DNA of 64,000 bases from an uncultured Hyphomicrobiales bacterium (GTDB lineage Bacteria > Bacteroidota > Ignavibacteria > Kapaibacteriales > UBA2268), in the NCBI GenBank assembly GCA_964634885.1, contig CAZWLN010000001.1, forward strand, positions 135,932 through 199,931. The letters run 5' to 3'. The stretch's first letter is position 1. Every line of letters begins with the position of its first letter. Made by a program: the position numbers and the translations under genes. The notes beneath the pieces were generated by a model that made no database searches, had not been told where the DNA came from, and worked only from the letters and a program-made list of their open reading frames with translations. Positions 60,786 through 64,000 of the stretch are shown here, piece by piece.

Positions 60786-62921
60786 GTGCAAAAAGTAATT
60801 CTTTTGTTTCTTGTCTCAGCATCGGTTCTGTTTGCGAATGAAGATGATTCACTGATATACCACAATTATAAAATCGGGGTTTTCGGAAGCTACAATCTTA
60901 ACTTCCACGACCCCGACTTCAAAGAGCTGCCGGGAATACCGAACTGCTGCCCGCGATTCAATGAAGGGAACGGTACTGGCTTTTCCGTCGGCGCTTTGTT
61001 CGAGTACCTCTTCAGCGAAAAGATGAATGGGGCGGCAAGGCTGTCCTATACTTCCGACGGCGGCTTACTGACAGGCTATGATTATGACTATGTCAATTAC
61101 CGGAATAGCATTACCCTGGCGAAGATACGCCACGAGCTTGACGTTACTCTCGACGCCCTTGCCCTGGACCTGCTGTTCCAGTACAACTTCTTCGACAGGT
61201 TCTACGTCCACGCCGGTCCCCGGTTAGCGTTCCTGCTTGTACATGACTATTCCCAGATTGAATTGTTGAAAGACCCACCTGACGGCAGCTTCGAAAACGG
61301 CGCCCGTTACCGTAACAATACTTCCGGTACCATCAACGAAACAACCGCTTTACTGGCCTATATCCAGGGCGGCATCAGCTATGAACTTCCCCTTAACAGG
61401 CAGCAATACCTCTTCCTGTGCCCCGAAGTTTTCTATTCGTTCCCGCTGAACGACATCGTTTCCGACTCCGCCTGGAAATTTTCCCAACTGCGGATCGGGA
61501 TGGCGCTGAAATACAGGCCTTACGAACTGCCGGTGGAAAGAAGGCTCGAAAGAAAAGTGTTCATAGACACCGTTAAATATGTTGACGATTCGATCACCGC
61601 TTCGGTGTTCATCATGGGTGTTGCGGACACGGCAAGAGATGTGGAGGAATTCGAGAAGCTGGTGATTACCCATGAGAAGGTAACGAGGACTGATACCCTG
61701 CTGTTACCGGAAATACCGCCGGAAGCCTCGATGAAGATTACAATCATTCCGGAGCCTTACAAAAACGCGGACTCTGTCTATCTGTACAAGGAGCGTTACT
61801 TTGTTACGGAGATGCTGCCGCTGATACCTTTTGTCTTCTACGGAAAGGACAGCTCCGACATCCCGCAAAGATATTTTTCCGACCTTGAGCCACAGGACTT
61901 TTCCAGGCCGGAGTATGACCTCAACCCGGTAATGATCCAGAGGAACATCCTGAAGATACTCGGTGCAAGGCTGAAACAGTACCCCGACATTACCCTGACC
62001 TTGACTGGCACTGCCGACAAGAATGCCGAAAAAGGCAACTGCAGGCTGGCAACAGACAGGGCAGAGAACCTGAAAAGCATTTTCACAAAAGAGTGGGGCG
62101 TGGACGAAAGCAGGATTGCCGTCTCTCCGCCGAAGAGCAAATGTGTTCCAAAGAATCCTACATTGTCGAACAACGAAGACGGCAACAACGACAACAGGAG
62201 GGTGGAGATCAATTCTTCCGACGACATAAGGCTCTTTGCACCCATCGTCAGGAAGCGTTTACTTAAGGAGATAAAACTTACGACTTCGAAAACGAACGAC
62301 ATCAAGGAGATTTTCCTTGAAAACAGTTTCAAAGGCACAACTACCGGTAAGGGCTATGAATACCGCCTGACTGCAACCCAGGACGGCAATGTCCTTTTCA
62401 ATAAATCCGACACATCCGTGAAAAGCCTGGAAATGGTCAGGCTGACTGAAGACAAGATACAGTTGCTCAGGAATGCGCTACCGATTGAAATGGAGCTGTC
62501 GGTCAGGTCTCCCAGGGGTAAGACCGCATCCTACAAAACGACGGTGCCCGTGAGGATCGATTCGGACTACGTCGAAGTGCAGCGTTTCTCGCTGACATAC
62601 TTCACAGTGTCCTGGGATTCGCTCAGCAGCAAAGAAGTCAAAGAGTTCAACGAACTCATGAAGGGCATCAGGGAGCAGCCCAATGTCTCGGTCATCGGCT
62701 ACACGGACTACCTTGGAGACCCGAAGATCAACGTACAGCTTTCCACGAACAGGGCAAAGGCTGTAGCTGAATACATTAAGAATTACATTCCCGGCACCAA
62801 CATCATCAGGAACGAAGGAGTGGCCGATTCGGTATTCCCGCCGGGCATCAGGTCTTACTCCACACCGGAAGAGAGGTTCCTGTCGCGAACGGTACAGATT
62901 GAATTCCGTATCAGCAGGTAG
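60786..62921 (+). CDS. Outer-membrane protein with N-terminal beta-barrel and two OmpA-like peptidoglycan-binding domains
   Basis: Signal peptide. LTGTADKNAEKGNCRLATDRAENL and IGYTDYLGDPKINVQLSTNRAKAV OmpA-like cores. Confidence 0.6.
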   Translation: MQKVILLFLVSASVLFANEDDSLIYHNYKIGVFGSYNLNFHDPDFKELPGIPNCCPRFNEGNGTGFSVGALFEYLFSEKMNGAARLSYTSDGGLLTGYDYDYVNYRNSITLAKIRHELDVTLDALALDLLFQYNFFDRFYVHAGPRLAFLLVHDYSQIELLKDPPDGSFENGARYRNNTSGTINETTALLAYIQGGISYELPLNRQQYLFLCPEVFYSFPLNDIVSDSAWKFSQLRIGMALKYRPYELPVERRLERKVFIDTVKYVDDSITASVFIMGVADTARDVEEFEKLVITHEKVTRTDTLLLPEIPPEASMKITIIPEPYKNADSVYLYKERYFVTEMLPLIPFVFYGKDSSDIPQRYFSDLEPQDFSRPEYDLNPVMIQRNILKILGARLKQYPDITLTLTGTADKNAEKGNCRLATDRAENLKSIFTKEWGVDESRIAVSPPKSKCVPKNPTLSNNEDGNNDNRRVEINSSDDIRLFAPIVRKRLLKEIKLTTSKTNDIKEIFLENSFKGTTTGKGYEYRLTATQDGNVLFNKSDTSVKSLEMVRLTEDKIQLLRNALPIEMELSVRSPRGKTASYKTTVPVRIDSDYVEVQRFSLTYFTVSWDSLSSKEVKEFNELMKGIREQPNVSVIGYTDYLGDPKINVQLSTNRAKAVAEYIKNYIPGTNIIRNEGVADSVFPPGIRSYSTPEERFLSRTVQIEFRISR

Positions 62922-62996
62922 AATTTTTTTCAGGAGATGAAGATTTTGTTTTGCAGAAACTGAAAAGTGTTGTAATTTTGTATTCTCTGAAAATGA

Positions 62997-63079
62997 GCGG
63001 AAGTGGTGAAATAGGCAGACACGCTATCTTGAGGGGGTAGTGCCGCGCAGGCGTGGGGGTTCAAGTCCCCCCTTCCGCA
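62997..63079 (+). tRNA. tRNA-Leu (anticodon GAG), class II with long variable arm; CCA not encoded
   Basis: Acceptor GCGGAAG/CTTCCGC with discriminator A. Anticodon stem CTATC/GGTAG around loop TTGAGGG. T-arm GGGGG-TTCAAGT-CCCCC. Confidence 0.8.
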
Positions 63080-63227
63080 CAAAAAAACAAAAGTGATTTC
63101 AACAAAAGAATAACAAAAACAGATTAATATCATCTGACAATTGAAATTGTCCCGCATTTTTGCCCAATAACCACTATTCTCTCTCAATTTCCGTCTAAAT
63201 AATGATTTGTTATTACGGGATTGAAGG

Positions 63228-64000
63228 ATGAATATTAAAAATACTGAGACATGGGACAGGCTGACGGCTTTGATGAACGGTAAAATCCTCGTTCTCGACG
63301 GCGCCATGGGAACCATGATACAGCAGTACCGGCTGACTGAAGAGGATTTCAGGGGAGACAGGTTCTCAGGCCACGACGGCAGCCTGAAGGGCAACAACGA
63401 CATCCTGTGCCTTACTAAGCCCGGCGTCATTAAAGAGATACACACAAAGTACCTCGAAGCCGGCGCCAACATCATCGAAACCAACACCTTCAACGGCAAC
63501 GACTTCTCCCAGGCAGATTACAACCTGCAAGGGCATGTCTATGAGATAAACCTGGAAGCAGCGCGCATTGCAAAGCAGGCAGTTCTCGAGTTTACCGCTG
63601 CCAATCCCGGAGCCGAAAGGTTCGTCGCCGGTTCGATTGGGCCTACTAACCAGACCGCATCGATTTCTCCCGACGTGAACCGCCCTGCTTTCAGGCGCAG
63701 GACTTTCGACGAATTTGTCGGTGCATACTCTGAACAGGTTCGCGGCCTCATCGACGGTGGAGTTGATATCCTCCTACTGGAAACGATATTCGATACACTC
63801 AACGCCAAAGCAGCGATATACGCCATCTCGGAGATTCTCGGAAAATGCAACCGCAAGATACCACTGATGATCTCCGGTACCATCGTGGACCTCAGCGGCA
63901 GGACATTGTCGGGTCAGACATTGGAAGCCTTCTGGATTTCCATAGCCCATGCTCCCAACCTTCTGAGCATCGGACTGAACTGCTCCTTAGGACCCAGGCA
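63228..64000 (+). CDS. metH: Methionine synthase, N-terminal homocysteine S-methyltransferase domain (3' partial, runs off window)
   Basis: ILVLDGAMGTMIQ start and the GLNCSLGP zinc-site region. The frame is open to the window end, so it is absent from the ORF track. Confidence 0.8.
   Translation, partial: MNIKNTETWDRLTALMNGKILVLDGAMGTMIQQYRLTEEDFRGDRFSGHDGSLKGNNDILCLTKPGVIKEIHTKYLEAGANIIETNTFNGNDFSQADYNLQGHVYEINLEAARIAKQAVLEFTAANPGAERFVAGSIGPTNQTASISPDVNRPAFRRRTFDEFVGAYSEQVRGLIDGGVDILLLETIFDTLNAKAAIYAISEILGKCNRKIPLMISGTIVDLSGRTLSGQTLEAFWISIAHAPNLLSIGLNCSLGPR

Noticed and set aside
62930-63883. Two minus-strand ORFs (189 aa and 114 aa) in the ORF track
   Set aside because: They overlap a well-formed plus-strand tRNA-Leu and the N-terminus of a clearly recognisable metH reading frame. 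Their translations are low-complexity and anti-sense to real genes.

Overview
This ~64 kb window comes from a bacterium. By gene content (T9SS C-terminal sorting domains on many large surface proteins, a Bacteroidetes-type GlmM N-terminus, ECF sigma/anti-sigma, SPOR/OmpA lipoproteins) it is probably a member of the FCB group (Bacteroidota/Ignavibacteria/Calditrichota-like). Most of the window is ordinary chromosome: cydAB, glmS, glmM, ribBA, greA, lplA, comEC, comF, an ECF sigma operon, a tRNA-Leu and the start of metH. Eight regions deserve attention. (1) An array of three paralogous secreted VWA/beta-propeller/T9SS surface proteins at the left edge. (2) A translationally coupled SiaB-like GHKL kinase, SiaC-like DUF1987 protein, soluble histidine kinase and AmmeMemoRadiSam radical SAM enzyme. 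(3) A visibly AT-rich ~3.4 kb island carrying a SIR2-HerA anti-phage pair, inserted between amrS and the next item. (4) An archaeal-type GatE/GatD Glu-tRNA(Gln) amidotransferase pair. (5) A three-gene iron-sulfur cluster made of a NapH-like membrane polyferredoxin, an outer-membrane beta-barrel and a Tat-exported ~12x[4Fe-4S] polyferredoxin; it may be an FeS-based periplasm-spanning electron conduit and is the best candidate here for an undescribed system. (6) Two intergenic loci built from shared mosaic repeat blocks and stem-loop arrays. (7) A K+ channel/RCK protein with a non-canonical TTIGFGE filter. (8) A stand-alone ClpB-NBD2-like ATPase. All calls are from reading the sequence and translations; no database searches or GC computations were run.
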